Source: an uncultured virus (IMG/VR IMGVR_UViG_3300012933_000135) (taxonomy: Duplodnaviria; Heunggongvirae; Uroviricota; Caudoviricetes). From it: a stretch of 64,000 nt of DNA. This document shows, one piece after another, positions 1-10,206 of the stretch. The notes beneath the pieces are model-generated. The model ran no database searches and was not told the DNA's origin. It saw nothing but the letters and a program-made list of their open reading frames with translations. The position numbers and the translations under genes are program-made. The stretch lies in IMG/VR virus record IMGVR_UViG_3300012933_000135, one strand, 5' to 3'. Numbering within the stretch: the first letter of the stretch is position 1; every line of letters starts with the position of its first letter.

Positions 1-598
1 TTCTTGGATCAGGATTAGATGTTTTACTAAAAACTCCTGCGGTTCCAATTTTATCATTTGTCTTAGGTGCTTTTTCACTAGGCAATTTCTTTGCTAACAC
101 TTCGTCGTTAGTTCCAGATACCTGTGTGCCCGCATGTTTGACTTTGTTCAAGTCCTTTAACAGACTCATAGTTTTCTTTTCGCCTACTAGGTCTTGATTA
201 TTACTTGCATCATAATCTTTTCCTAATAATGCTTCACCACTTAGGTTATCATGTGCGTGATTAAGTTCAACTTCGGCTTCTTCTAAATTAGTGCGTACCT
301 TGATACAATCTAATGATAGTTTTGCAGTCTCTGAAACTAGCGCTCTTACTTGTACACTAGTTACTGGGTAGCACACTGACACGTCAAATACAGTTACACT
401 GATATTTTTGTGCTGAGGGAAGTCAACTTGACTTTCTTGAATTGGGGTGCTCTTGCCTGTTGACACTTTTTCAACTTTATATTCGCTTAGTGCGGACTTA
501 ATTTGATTAGCACAATCTTTAGGGCAATCGCCAGCAACTTTGATCTTAAACTCGTAGACCTTTTTGCTTTCTGTTAGATATTCTTTAAATGATTTCAT
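1..598 (-). CDS. Hypothetical, probably head-internal protein (partial, runs off the left edge)
   Basis: Own translation from ATG at 598: MKSFKEYLTESKKVYEFKIKVAG..., open to the window edge. Preceded by late promoter ATAAATA at 617-623. The N-terminus resembles the T4 internal-protein capsid-targeting sequence. Confidence 0.75.
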   Translation of the reverse strand, partial: MKSFKEYLTESKKVYEFKIKVAGDCPKDCANQIKSALSEYKVEKVSTGKSTPIQESQVDFPQHKNISVTVFDVSVCYPVTSVQVRALVSETAKLSLDCIKVRTNLEEAEVELNHAHDNLSGEALLGKDYDASNNQDLVGEKKTMSLLKDLNKVKHAGTQVSGTNDEVLAKKLPSEKAPKTNDKIGTAGVFSKTSNPDPR

Positions 599-619
599 TA
601 TATAATCCTGATACTATAT

Positions 620-1105
620 TTATTTCATACTCTTAAGTTTTTCAAGCAACGAATTTCGATCTGTTACGATAAATCCATCGCCGTTCAAGCTAATGCCAGG
701 ATCTTCTCCGCCATTTGCATCTTGATCCATCTTCTGCTTTTTAAGTTGAAGCTCGATCATTTTTAATTTTTTGTCAATTTTAGCTGCTTTAGCATCAATA
801 GCGTTCTTTAACATTCCGCCTGCAACTTCAAAAATACGACCACTGTATCTTGCTTCGACGTTCATACCTAGATCCATAAGATCATCATATGCGTCAGTCG
901 CACGTTGCGCAAGTGCATCAAACTCTGCATCTGCTACATCGCCTAATCCCTTTACTTGTGGCAAACTAGCTGAAATTTTATCAAATTCTGCCATGTCACG
1001 TAGGAACGGTTGAGCAGCTTCAGCTTTAGCTGATGCCTTCTCTTCCTGCTTAACAATCTTCTTGCTTTCAGGTAAATTTAGTATTTCTTCAAGTCGTTTA
1101 GTCAT
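620..1105 (-). CDS. gp16: Terminase small subunit, T4 gp16-like
   Basis: 161-aa helical protein. EARYSGRIFEVAGGMLKNAIDAK...KLKMIELQ and C-terminal IVTDRNSLLEKL parallel the gp16 'PRAYEV...L...' and C-terminal helix pattern. Lies in the morphogenesis cluster. Confidence 0.6.
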   Translation of the reverse strand: MTKRLEEILNLPESKKIVKQEEKASAKAEAAQPFLRDMAEFDKISASLPQVKGLGDVADAEFDALAQRATDAYDDLMDLGMNVEARYSGRIFEVAGGMLKNAIDAKAAKIDKKLKMIELQLKKQKMDQDANGGEDPGISLNGDGFIVTDRNSLLEKLKSMK

Positions 1106-1112
1106 ACATTAC

Positions 1113-1550
1113 TTATCTACTGCCCTGATGAAATAAATCATTTTCATTCAGGATTCTAAACTTAATTCCCTGCTGTTTACACCAAATATTAGCTGCTGCC
1201 CATTTGGCTTGATTCTTAACAAACTGGGCTTGATTATATTTGTTCTTGCCTACTTTTTCAATTAGCTGCTGACTAGAAGGTTTAATTTCTATTAGCTCTA
1301 CAACTACACGCATGTTCTTATCAACATATTGAATGAAAAAATCTGGTACATAAATCGTCTGTCTGCCAGTTAACGGGTCACGATACGGTATGTTGATAGC
1401 TTCACTTGCCCACTTCTGCACACTTTCATTTGTGTCGCAAAATCGCATAAAGCTCCATTCCCAACTGCTGCGGTATGTGGGTATTTTCTTCCCTACATAC
1501 TTTTCAGGTTTGGTCATTACAAACTTACCACGTGCAAACTTTGGTGCCAT
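1113..1550 (-). CDS. gp4: Head completion nuclease, T4 gp4-like (TnsA-type PD-(D/E)xK fold)
   Basis: YRSSWE-xxFMxFCD, KWASE-xIxIPY, YVPDF, LIEIKP and NQAKW motifs. Confidence 0.9.
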   Translation of the reverse strand: MAPKFARGKFVMTKPEKYVGKKIPTYRSSWEWSFMRFCDTNESVQKWASEAINIPYRDPLTGRQTIYVPDFFIQYVDKNMRVVVELIEIKPSSQQLIEKVGKNKYNQAQFVKNQAKWAAANIWCKQQGIKFRILNENDLFHQGSR

Positions 1551-1551
1551 G

Positions 1552-1920
1552 TTAGACTAGAATGTTACGTGATTCAAACGAATCTGCAATAGGTGCTATT
1601 CTGTAACCTAGAACGCTTACCTTTTCTCTATATTCATTTAATACCTGTGCAACTACTTGACTTAGTTGTACATCAGTTAATGTTTTTAATGTGTCGATCA
1701 ATTCAAATACATTTACATTGTCTAGTCGTGCTTGATTTAATAGCACAATGCCTGTACTTCTTGCACTGTTTACGTCAAATCCTCTTTTTAAAAAGAATCC
1801 TAAGACTGCATCAATTTGATTACTAGGAAAGCTAACTTCATGGACAAAGAACTTGTCAAAGAACTGTTTAACTTCGCCTGAACTATCAACTGCATCTGCT
1901 GAAGGTAAATTGTTTATCAT
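1552..1920 (-). CDS. Hypothetical phage protein
   Basis: 122-aa ORF overlapping the upstream gene's stop by 4 nt, co-oriented in a late operon. Confidence 0.75.
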   Translation of the reverse strand: MINNLPSADAVDSSGEVKQFFDKFFVHEVSFPSNQIDAVLGFFLKRGFDVNSARSTGIVLLNQARLDNVNVFELIDTLKTLTDVQLSQVVAQVLNEYREKVSVLGYRIAPIADSFESRNILV

Positions 1921-2915
1921 AATATTTTAATTTGTTTAGCAACAGTTACTGACTTTAAAGGTGCGCTAGTTGGAAAAGATGTTCCTTGTATGCCGCTTAA
2001 TCCCTGTGTCGCAGTACGAGCTGCGTTTGTTGCAATACCAGTTACACCTGCATTAGTTAGCGTCTGTGAATTCTGATAAGTGTTAATACTCTTAGTTATG
2101 TTACTAAGCTGCTGGATGTCCATTGTTTGTGATGTAGTAGTTCCAGTTGAACGAGTTAATGATGATGCACCTGGCGGCAAACTCAACGGGCTAGGAGTTG
2201 TATCGTACAATCCTTCTCCGAATCCATCTGGACTATCGGCGCCATCTCCGATTACTCCCGATCCGTATGACACTGCTTCATATGCCAGAGACATTGTATT
2301 TTCGTGAAGACCAGGATTAGTATAATCCATGCCTTCGTGATTCCAACTAGTAATTACAGGATTAATTAGCTTGTATGCTGTATACTCGTGGCGTGTAAGT
2401 TGAAAAATTGTTATATGATTAAAGAACGGAATAGAACTTCTATTGTCTAGACCATATGAATTATTAGGCTTACGTTGCATAGCATTTCTTGCGTATGCAC
2501 CTGGCTGGTTTGCACTAGTCGAATCAGCGTAGTAATATCCGTAATAGTTTTGCCATAGCTTGTTAACAATGTTTGCACTGTCGTCTCTAAACTTAATAGT
2601 AATAGGAGCGTACTCATGTGTTAACTGAATTACTTTTTTTCTGTTATACTGATTAACTGTTTCAGTCTTCATAGTGAAGTTAGGCAGTGCTGCACTTTTA
2701 ACTAGCAAGCTAATTTCATTTCTATACTTTTGAATTGTAGTCAAATCTCGAACAGCACCTTGATTAATTCCAAATGTTACATGGAATAGAAAGTTTTGTT
2801 TAGGAAATAATCTAAAATTGTCAGCGGTGAAGATACGAGCAGCGTGAGCCCAGTCTTTAAGCTGGACGTCTCCTGCGTTTACAGATGATTGATAAGCGTT
2901 ATACGGATTGGACAT
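1917..2915 (-). CDS. Tail-tube-fold protein (gp19 paralogue / gp54-like tube initiator)
   Basis: PKQNFLFHVTF, LLVKSAALP and ITIKFRDD motifs parallel the adjacent tube protein. Ser/Thr-rich C-terminal extension. Confidence 0.7.
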   Translation of the reverse strand: MSNPYNAYQSSVNAGDVQLKDWAHAARIFTADNFRLFPKQNFLFHVTFGINQGAVRDLTTIQKYRNEISLLVKSAALPNFTMKTETVNQYNRKKVIQLTHEYAPITIKFRDDSANIVNKLWQNYYGYYYADSTSANQPGAYARNAMQRKPNNSYGLDNRSSIPFFNHITIFQLTRHEYTAYKLINPVITSWNHEGMDYTNPGLHENTMSLAYEAVSYGSGVIGDGADSPDGFGEGLYDTTPSPLSLPPGASSLTRSTGTTTSQTMDIQQLSNITKSINTYQNSQTLTNAGVTGIATNAARTATQGLSGIQGTSFPTSAPLKSVTVAKQIKIL

Positions 2916-2960
2916 ATTAATATTTATTTAAAATAAAGTACGTAGTTAACCCTTAGTCAC

Positions 2961-2983
2961 AAAAAAGCACCCCGAAGGGTGCA
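2961..2983 (-). terminator. Rho-independent terminator after the tail tube gene
   Basis: Minus strand GCACCC-TTCG-GGGTGC followed by TTTTTT (cUUCGg tetraloop). Confidence 0.9.
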
Positions 2984-2988
2984 TTTTA

Positions 2989-3618
2989 TTAACCGCGTGT
3001 ACCGCCGCCAGTTACGCCTGTACCTAAAGTACGTGTTACTGGTGTGCCTACTCCTGGAGTAGTTGTTTGTAAACAGTTATCTGGTTGGATTGTTAGCTTG
3101 ATCATTGCAGGTGTTTGATCTGCATAGCTAATTGCTTCGTAACTAGCAATAGTTACATAGCAACCGTAACATTCCCAAGTTTCTAATACGTTAGGAGTGT
3201 TAGCGCCGTTGCCGCCGTCTAACATTTCAATACGCATAACAAACTTATAGTCGCTGCCTGAGCTAGCACTTGACTGCTCAAAGAAGTCAAACTGTTTCTG
3301 CATTTGCTCGCCAACTAGTTTGCTTACTGCACCAGTTACGTCATCACGTAAGTCGATAGCAATAGTTCCCCATGTTGGACGACCAGCATAATGCATAGTC
3401 GAGTTGTAAATTTCGATCTTCTGATCAGCAAAAGTAGCAGTCGGACGAGCCGCTGTTGCTACTTGCTTAGTTAGTTCAGTAGTCGGTGTTGATACGCCAA
3501 AGTTTTCAAACATAATACGGAATCTATATTTGAGTTTTGGCATCAACATGCCTTGAGTACTCGAGCTTTGGTCAGAAGCTAGAGGTACTGTAAATCTTGA
3601 TAATGATGCAATTGACAT
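2989..3618 (-). CDS. gp19: Tail tube protein
   Basis: 209 aa with PKLKYRFRI, AGRPTWGTIAIDLRDD and ETWECYGC. Lies directly downstream of the sheath gene. Confidence 0.88.
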   Translation of the reverse strand: MSIASLSRFTVPLASDQSSSTQGMLMPKLKYRFRIMFENFGVSTPTTELTKQVATAARPTATFADQKIEIYNSTMHYAGRPTWGTIAIDLRDDVTGAVSKLVGEQMQKQFDFFEQSSASSGSDYKFVMRIEMLDGGNGANTPNVLETWECYGCYVTIASYEAISYADQTPAMIKLTIQPDNCLQTTTPGVGTPVTRTLGTGVTGGGTRG

Positions 3619-3638
3619 TTTTTATATGCTCCGTTTTA

Positions 3639-6600
3639 TTATGCTAGACCTTTGATTTCGCCAGTGTTCTTTAAACGTAAAGGAATGTAGATAAACTCTA
3701 CAGCCTTAACTGGTTCAATAGCTACGTCAAGATATAACTCGCTACGATCAATTCTGCTTGGTGTGTTATTGCTTGTGTCACATACAACTAAGAAGTCATA
3801 AAGAGCACGTTGTCCAACTAATTCTAACAATAGGCTTTCTGCTGCTTGTTTAATTTCGTCGCGTGTAATCTTATCGTTTGGTTCAAAGATGTAAGGCTTT
3901 GCAAGTTGTGCAAACTGTCTACGTAAGTAAATTACTAGACGAGCTACGTTGATACGATCTAAGCTGCTTGCATTTCTAGCACGAGTATACTGACCGTAGT
4001 TAACTAAGCCTGTACCTGTGATGAAAGTTAATGGGTTAACTTTAACTTGTGCAAGTGTATCGCGTTGTCCAGTATTCAATGCAACTGATTGGAATTCACC
4101 TTCGCTAGTAATATAACCAACTGCTGTTGCGTTAGTAATACCACCACGACGTGTTCCTGCTGGTGCAAACCATGGATAAGAAACGTTGTCGCTTAGAGCG
4201 ATTGTACGTAACATCATGTGGCTTGGAGGAACAACAACGTTGTTACCTAAGTTGTCGCTTGTGTAACCCCATGGATAGAAAATACCTAAGTATTCATCAC
4301 TAGAAACAAGACCGCTGTCGTTGTCTTCTAATGCGCCACGTTGGTTAGTTCCCCAGTTCAACAATGAAGTTGCGTCTGGTGTTAAACGTGCAGGTGTATC
4401 GCCAACAACAAATGCTGTTAATCCACGATCGTAGTTCAAGCTAATCATTTCGCCAATTAGTTCAGGATATCCTGGGCAAGCAATTAAGTTGAAAATACGT
4501 GCTTCTTCGTCACGGATTTGTTGGTTGCTGTTAACAAGGGCTTGTAGCGCCTGAATAACAACTTTACGCTGTGCTTTACGACCAAATGTACCTGAGCCGT
4601 CTTCTTGATTACCAGCTTCTGATAACCAACGGTGTGGGTAATAATTAGTCATGTGCTCGTCACCAGCTCTGTGGTTACGTGCTAGTGTGTCGATATAGTT
4701 ACGTACAAAACGCTTAACGTTAAATCCGCTTCTACGTAAGTTCCATAGCAACATGCCTTTTGGATACAAAGCAGGATCTGGAGCATCAAAGTCTAAGAAG
4801 TCGCTGACTAACAATTCGTAAATTGTTGCTGCATCTGCTGTTAAACCATCTGTATTCCAACGTGCGTCTGCAAACAAAATGCCGTCTTCTGTTGACTGAT
4901 CAGCATTGTTAACAAGAACCCACTTAGTAAGTGCTTTGTTATACTTGTAGATCATTGGAAAGTTTTCTAGGTCGCTAGTGTCGATCCATAGATCGCCGTT
5001 ACCTAAGTCTGTTTCACCGTCGCTTTGTGTGATTGGAGCTGTTGCGCTAACGATAGGACCGTTACGATCTGTACGTGTTCCACCGCCTGCGTTCTGGATA
5101 TAGTTATAGTAACCAACCCATGTTGTACCATCATGAATCATTAGATCGACTTCGTCGATCATTGAGTTGTACCATAGTTGGCCATCAGCTGTCAAGCTAG
5201 TAGGAGCATCTCCACCTGCTGTATATGACAACACTTTCCAGTTACTTGCAATCATGTTTTCTGGAATACCGTCTGGGTTTCCGTACAAGTTTACTGTTGT
5301 TCCTGGAACAAAACCTGCATGTACCAATGGAGTATTTGTTCCGTCTTCGAAACGAATCTCGCCACCAGCAATGTGTTTAATAACCACACGGTTTGAACCG
5401 TCAACGCTAGCAACAATGTTAGATCCAACGCCAACGCTAGTGTTAATAGCATCTGCCATTGTATCGGCATCATCACTTGTGTGATTAGCTGTAAAACTTA
5501 CTGGAGTTGTTGAAGTCATTGTTGCAGAACCTACAACGCTTTCGCTAATTGTAAACTGGTTAGTGCCTGCTGTTAAAGTAGCAGCGATTGCAGCTGATGT
5601 GATTGTAGTTTCACCTGCTGCTGCTCTACGATATAGTTTGAAGTTTGCTTCAATGTTTGCACCAGTTAATTCGCCATCGTTAAACTTGGCAAATACTGTT
5701 CCAACTGCTAGGTTCTTGCCGCCGCCTGCTGGATCTAGTCCTGCAAGAGCTGCTGCATTTGTTCCGTACAACTTAGTTGTAAGTTCTTCAAATGTTGCTG
5801 TTGAACTGTTGTAACGCTTAACAACTAGGCTTGCACCTTGGTTAGGTTCAGTTGTTTTAAACCATACAGAACCAGTTGGGCGTGGTGTTGCATCGAATGT
5901 CTTAAATGCTGGTACAGATGTATGTGCGCTGATCTGCAATGCAGGAGCGTAATATGTTCCAGACTTAATACCAATGATACTTGCTGCTGCTGTAGAAGCA
6001 ACTAATGTACCTGACAAAGTAATACTGTCAGTATCACCGTTTAGATATAATTCTAACTTACCGTTAACAATACCAGCAGTTACGCCAGAGACGTTACTAC
6101 CAATTGCTGTTACTAGTTCAGCTAGGGTATCAGCGCCAGTTGCTGTAAATGTACCGTTGAATATTAGTGTATCGGAGTTAGTGAATGCAGTCGGTGTCTT
6201 AACACCTGCTACTGTTGGGCGTGATTTTGCCCAATCATTTGAACCAACTTGTACCCATACGCCAGCGTTGTTCTTGTAGAACAACTTGTTTAGAGTTGAA
6301 GTTGCAACGATTGCATAATCACCGATTGCGCCAACGGAACCTTTAGGAGCTCCAGCACTTACTTTATTAGCAGTAGTGATTACTGTTGGATACTTAACTG
6401 TGAACGTTTGGCCGCCTGTTACGCTAGCATCTGCTGCGTTCCATTCAAAAATACCATACGCTGTGCTGTCAGTGTCAAACCAGTATGTACCATTCTCTGG
6501 TAATCCTGCTGGTGCGTCTGCTGAAGCGTCAAGCTGTGCGGTGTCTAAATCAGCACGTACTGCAAACACCCGATTACTTACGCCTAAGTAGCTGTAAGCT

Positions 6601-6890
6601 GCTTGAAGTCCGTATTCGTTTTGTTCGCCAGCGTGAACTGGATTATTGTTAGCATCAGTCTTGAAAACTGGAGTACCAAAGGTATCTGCCAAGTCCTTTT
6701 GACTGGTTAACAAGTACACTTGACCAGCGTTAGCTTTTAGTGTTCCTGGAGCAATGCCTGTGCCAGCTCCGTTTTGTTTGCCTTCTTCTGAGGCAACGAT
6801 AATTAAAGGTGTTGTACCTGGGGCTGCTGGTGTGTAAAAACTTTCGTCAATTACGGTAACTGCTACGCCTGGTGAACTAAGTTGAGCCAT
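3639..6890 (-). CDS. gp18: Contractile tail sheath protein, enlarged (~1083 aa)
   Basis: N-terminal LSSPGVAVTVIDES. C-terminal YPWFAPAGTRRG, SLDRINVARL, FEPND, VVCDTSNNTP and IEPVKAVEFIYIP. Start placed at 6890 because of the GGAGA RBS. Confidence 0.96.
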   Translation of the reverse strand: MAQLSSPGVAVTVIDESFYTPAAPGTTPLIIVASEEGKQNGAGTGIAPGTLKANAGQVYLLTSQKDLADTFGTPVFKTDANNNPVHAGEQNEYGLQAAYSYLGVSNRVFAVRADLDTAQLDASADAPAGLPENGTYWFDTDSTAYGIFEWNAADASVTGGQTFTVKYPTVITTANKVSAGAPKGSVGAIGDYAIVATSTLNKLFYKNNAGVWVQVGSNDWAKSRPTVAGVKTPTAFTNSDTLIFNGTFTATGADTLAELVTAIGSNVSGVTAGIVNGKLELYLNGDTDSITLSGTLVASTAAASIIGIKSGTYYAPALQISAHTSVPAFKTFDATPRPTGSVWFKTTEPNQGASLVVKRYNSSTATFEELTTKLYGTNAAALAGLDPAGGGKNLAVGTVFAKFNDGELTGANIEANFKLYRRAAAGETTITSAAIAATLTAGTNQFTISESVVGSATMTSTTPVSFTANHTSDDADTMADAINTSVGVGSNIVASVDGSNRVVIKHIAGGEIRFEDGTNTPLVHAGFVPGTTVNLYGNPDGIPENMIASNWKVLSYTAGGDAPTSLTADGQLWYNSMIDEVDLMIHDGTTWVGYYNYIQNAGGGTRTDRNGPIVSATAPITQSDGETDLGNGDLWIDTSDLENFPMIYKYNKALTKWVLVNNADQSTEDGILFADARWNTDGLTADAATIYELLVSDFLDFDAPDPALYPKGMLLWNLRRSGFNVKRFVRNYIDTLARNHRAGDEHMTNYYPHRWLSEAGNQEDGSGTFGRKAQRKVVIQALQALVNSNQQIRDEEARIFNLIACPGYPELIGEMISLNYDRGLTAFVVGDTPARLTPDATSLLNWGTNQRGALEDNDSGLVSSDEYLGIFYPWGYTSDNLGNNVVVPPSHMMLRTIALSDNVSYPWFAPAGTRRGGITNATAVGYITSEGEFQSVALNTGQRDTLAQVKVNPLTFITGTGLVNYGQYTRARNASSLDRINVARLVIYLRRQFAQLAKPYIFEPNDKITRDEIKQAAESLLLELVGQRALYDFLVVCDTSNNTPSRIDRSELYLDVAIEPVKAVEFIYIPLRLKNTGEIKGLA

Positions 6891-6995
6891 TGTTTTAATC
6901 TCCATGAATACAAGTTCTAATTGTATTTATGGCAAAATTAATATTTGGGCGACTTATAAGCTACTAAAAAGGGATGATAAAGGTGTAAATACTTT

Positions 6996-7331
6996 ATGAG
7001 ACCACTTTGTACATGCGGCTACAGACCTGCTGCGATAAATTACATCAAAAATGGAAAAACTTATTACAGGAAACTGTGTGAGACTTGTCTAAAGGGCGGA
7101 TTATATACCGGAATAGCCCGATGGTTTCGTGCAGGATATAGAATGAAAAACACCTGTGATAAGTGCGGATTCAAAAGCCCTTACTCCGAGGTGTTTAACG
7201 TGTTTCATGTAGACGGCGATTTAAATAACTGCCGACCTACTAATCTTAAGACAGTGTGTTCAAACTGTCAGAGACTTCTTCACCGTGAAGGGGTGAAGTG
7301 GAAGCAAGGTGATCTTGTCCCTGACTTATAA
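6996..7331 (+). CDS. Zn-finger / HNH-like protein
   Basis: CxC, CxxC, CxxC, then FHVDGDLNN...NLKTVCSNCQ (HNH-type beta-beta-alpha motif, with Q where a His usually follows CxxC). Confidence 0.75.
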   Translation: MRPLCTCGYRPAAINYIKNGKTYYRKLCETCLKGGLYTGIARWFRAGYRMKNTCDKCGFKSPYSEVFNVFHVDGDLNNCRPTNLKTVCSNCQRLLHREGVKWKQGDLVPDL

Positions 7332-7953
7332 CTTCTTTAATCTGTTCATATAAGTCATCAATACTAGAATTGTTATACAACACAAAGTCAAAGTTGGTTC
7401 CAACCCATGCGGTTTCACTAGCATGAATACCTAACTTGTCAAGTACACCTTTGCTGATTGACCAAGATACATTGCCGTTAGGGCCGCGATTGACGCTAAC
7501 TGCGGAGTCATACCAGTCTGGTTCGTCGCCACGTTTTACACGGATAACAATGCCGCCTGCTTGTTTAATTGATTTAATTTCGTTAGGAAAACGACAGTCA
7601 GAAATAACAATGTCGTCTTTGCTGTTTCGAAGTTTGTTTTCCAAGGATGCAATCCAAATATCATCATGGAATGCTTTGCGACATACTTCTGTGCCCCAAT
7701 ACTGTAGTACCCAACGTGGGGTTAAGTTTGGCATGTTTAGGCGTTCTGCCCACCATGGATCTACTTGTTCACGCCATTCACGGGCTTGTTTTGTTCGCCC
7801 CTCTAGCATAGTTCTGTCCCAACCGAATACTTGGGCAACTGCATCTTTCAAGGAATTTGCAAATGATTCTCGTCGGTAACCGTGAAAGTTAGTAAGATAA
7901 TCAGCAACTGTATCTTTGCCCGATCCAATAAATCCGCATACACCTATAATCAT
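7246..7953 (-). CDS. gp1: Deoxynucleoside monophosphate kinase, T4 gp1-like
   Basis: P-loop GFIGSGKDT, FANSLKD, TPRWVLQYWGTE, ISDCRFPNE and HASE. Start taken at MIIGVCG. Confidence 0.92.
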   Translation of the reverse strand: MIIGVCGFIGSGKDTVADYLTNFHGYRRESFANSLKDAVAQVFGWDRTMLEGRTKQAREWREQVDPWWAERLNMPNLTPRWVLQYWGTEVCRKAFHDDIWIASLENKLRNSKDDIVISDCRFPNEIKSIKQAGGIVIRVKRGDEPDWYDSAVSVNRGPNGNVSWSISKGVLDKLGIHASETAWVGTNFDFVLYNNSSIDDLYEQIKEVISQGQDHLASTSPLHGEEVSDSLNTLS

Positions 7954-8012
7954 AAGAATCCCCTGTAGTAGTGCTAGTATATAACACTTTTGTACAGGGG
8001 TCAAATTATTTG

Positions 8013-8780
8013 TTAGCCAATAATAAATGTCATCGGAGTTCCGCCAGCAGTATTGTTATCAATTTCTTTGTCCAATGCAGCTAATTCTTCTTTGGCTTCA
8101 GCAAGTAACGCTGTTCCGTTTAGAGTAATTGCGCTGCCAGGGCCAGCAACTGAGCCAAACTTGCTACGAGCTTGCCCTAGCATTTGTTTCGAAACTGCTA
8201 GTGTGTAGTCGTACAACCATTGCTTTGCATATATGTCAGTTAGCAAGACAAAATCAGGGCGATAGTTATGAGTTCTCATAAGAATCTGTTCACCTTGCGA
8301 AAACGGACGTTGTAAAATTGTTAGGATCTTACTAGTTGGCTTCCATTTAAATTCAATGTAGCTTCCGAACATTTTACCTACTAATTTCTGATAGCCGGCA
8401 AATAACTCGTAAGTTGCTAAGCCGCCCATCATAGAGCTGTTTAACAAGTATGTGTTTGTGTACGCCAAGTTGAATGGTTCGAACAATGTTCCACCTGCAC
8501 CCATACCACTTCTTGATCCGATAGCTCTACGGAACACGCTTTGTACCTCGATAATTTCATCGGGCAAGCGATATTCGTTTTGATCTTGGATAAGCTCTAA
8601 GAAACTATAGCTTTCTTCGACTGCGTTGCTGCTGCGTTGTCTATATCGAGTTAATGCACGATCTAGGGCAATTTCCATGTGTTTAGGATCTAATTCAACA
8701 TCGACCATGCCATCGCCCAGCATTGTGCGTACATAGTCGAATACCTTGTTTCGTTCAATTAATGATGTATTTTCAGACAT
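8013..8780 (-). CDS. gp13: Neck / head-tail adaptor protein, T4 gp13-like
   Basis: LGDGMVDVEL, WLYDYTLAVSKQMLGQARSKF, TLNG and C-terminal PMTFIIG. GGAGA RBS before ATG 8780. Confidence 0.88.
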   Translation of the reverse strand: MSENTSLIERNKVFDYVRTMLGDGMVDVELDPKHMEIALDRALTRYRQRSSNAVEESYSFLELIQDQNEYRLPDEIIEVQSVFRRAIGSRSGMGAGGTLFEPFNLAYTNTYLLNSSMMGGLATYELFAGYQKLVGKMFGSYIEFKWKPTSKILTILQRPFSQGEQILMRTHNYRPDFVLLTDIYAKQWLYDYTLAVSKQMLGQARSKFGSVAGPGSAITLNGTALLAEAKEELAALDKEIDNNTAGGTPMTFIIG

Positions 8781-8794
8781 ATAGTTCTCCACTC

Positions 8795-8816
8795 ATATTT
8801 ATCTAGCGATAAATAT
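8795..8816. promoter_or_regulatory. Back-to-back late promoters driving gp13 (-) and gp14 (+)
   Basis: Inverted repeat ATATTTATC-TAGC-GATAAATAT gives ATAAATA on each strand. The T4 gp55 late consensus is TATAAATA. Confidence 0.75.
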
Positions 8817-8820
8817 CATT

Positions 8821-10206
8821 ATGCCACGATTATCCTTATACAAACCCGAAAGAGGGAACGACTACAAGTTTATTGATCGCCAGATTTCTGAAATGTTTCA
8901 GGTTGGCGGCACTGACGTATACTTGCACAAATACCTCGGCGCTAATACCGCTGAAGCTAACGCGACAGCAGATCAGCCGTTCTACCACGACGGGCAAGGA
9001 AATGCTGTTTATAAAGAAACTAACATCCAAGATTTACTATTTTTAGAAAATCGCGATAGAAAGTATGAAGAAGAAATCTATACACTTCGCGGCTTCTATA
9101 ATGTACAGAACGTTGACTTTAACTTGAGTCAGTTCGGCATGTTCATTGATAATGACATGATCTACATGACAGTACACATTAACGATTTTATCAAATTTAT
9201 TGGTAGAAAACCCCTAAGCGGTGATGTAATTGAGTTGCCGCACTTGCGTGATCAGTTTGCGCTTAACGACTTTGATGTTGCTCTACCTCGATACTACGTT
9301 ATTGAAGATGTAGGACGTGCAAGTGAAGGATTTAGTGCTACGTGGTATCCGCATCTATACAGATTGAAATGCAAAAAGATTACAGATAATCAACAATTTG
9401 CTGATATTCTTAATAAACCAATAGATGCTGACAACCCTACTGGACCTACTATTCAGGACATCCTAAGTACTCGTGCTAAAGAATTAGAAATCAATGCTAG
9501 CGTACTGTCACAGGCAGAAGCGGATGCTCCACAAAGCGGTTACAACACTAATCACTTTTTTACACTTGCAGTTGATGAGCAAGGTAATACCCTGTTAACC
9601 ACAGCAGACGAGACAGATATTGATGCTAGCGATGAAACATACGCTGCTGGCGAATCTAATGCTAGACCTAAAAGAAGTGGCTATACTGGATATCTAATTG
9701 GTGATGGTATTCCTCCAAACGGATTTGACTTTGGTCACGGTATTCAATTCCCTGCTAGTCCAGCAGTGAACGACTATTTTCTTAGAACTGACATGTTGCC
9801 TAACAGACTGTATAGATATGACAGCACACGTTGGATTAAGGTAGAAGATGCTATACGTCACACAATGACTAATAACGATTCTAGACAGACTCTAAAGACT
9901 AGCTTTATTAACAATAAAAATATCACTGGTACAAATGTTGTTAGCGACGGCGTTTATACTCCAGTTGCAACTTCTAACATGATACAAACTTCTGTACCAT
10001 TTACCGCAGGCATGGGTGCTAAAGCAATGATCGGTGATGTAGCAGTTACTACTGCAACCGTTACTAGTGGAACTGGTGGCAACGCATTGATTACATTAAG
10101 TGCCACTGCTGCTGCACAAGCAAGTGTAAGATGGACATTGTATAGAACATTCTTCGACGAACGTCAAAGTATTTCTAAGGCACTTAAACCGAAGGCAGAT
10201 TTATAA
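8821..10206 (+). CDS. gp14: Neck / head-closure protein, T4 gp14-like, C-terminally extended
   Basis: DLLFLENRDRKY, LSQFGMF, GDVIELP and YRLKC motifs. Lies between gp13 and gp15. Confidence 0.78.
   Translation: MPRLSLYKPERGNDYKFIDRQISEMFQVGGTDVYLHKYLGANTAEANATADQPFYHDGQGNAVYKETNIQDLLFLENRDRKYEEEIYTLRGFYNVQNVDFNLSQFGMFIDNDMIYMTVHINDFIKFIGRKPLSGDVIELPHLRDQFALNDFDVALPRYYVIEDVGRASEGFSATWYPHLYRLKCKKITDNQQFADILNKPIDADNPTGPTIQDILSTRAKELEINASVLSQAEADAPQSGYNTNHFFTLAVDEQGNTLLTTADETDIDASDETYAAGESNARPKRSGYTGYLIGDGIPPNGFDFGHGIQFPASPAVNDYFLRTDMLPNRLYRYDSTRWIKVEDAIRHTMTNNDSRQTLKTSFINNKNITGTNVVSDGVYTPVATSNMIQTSVPFTAGMGAKAMIGDVAVTTATVTSGTGGNALITLSATAAAQASVRWTLYRTFFDERQSISKALKPKADL

Noticed and set aside
1113..1550. 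TnsA-like nuclease as evidence of a transposon
   Set aside because: It matches T4 gp4 in motif and context, with no TnsB/TnsC genes or terminal repeats.
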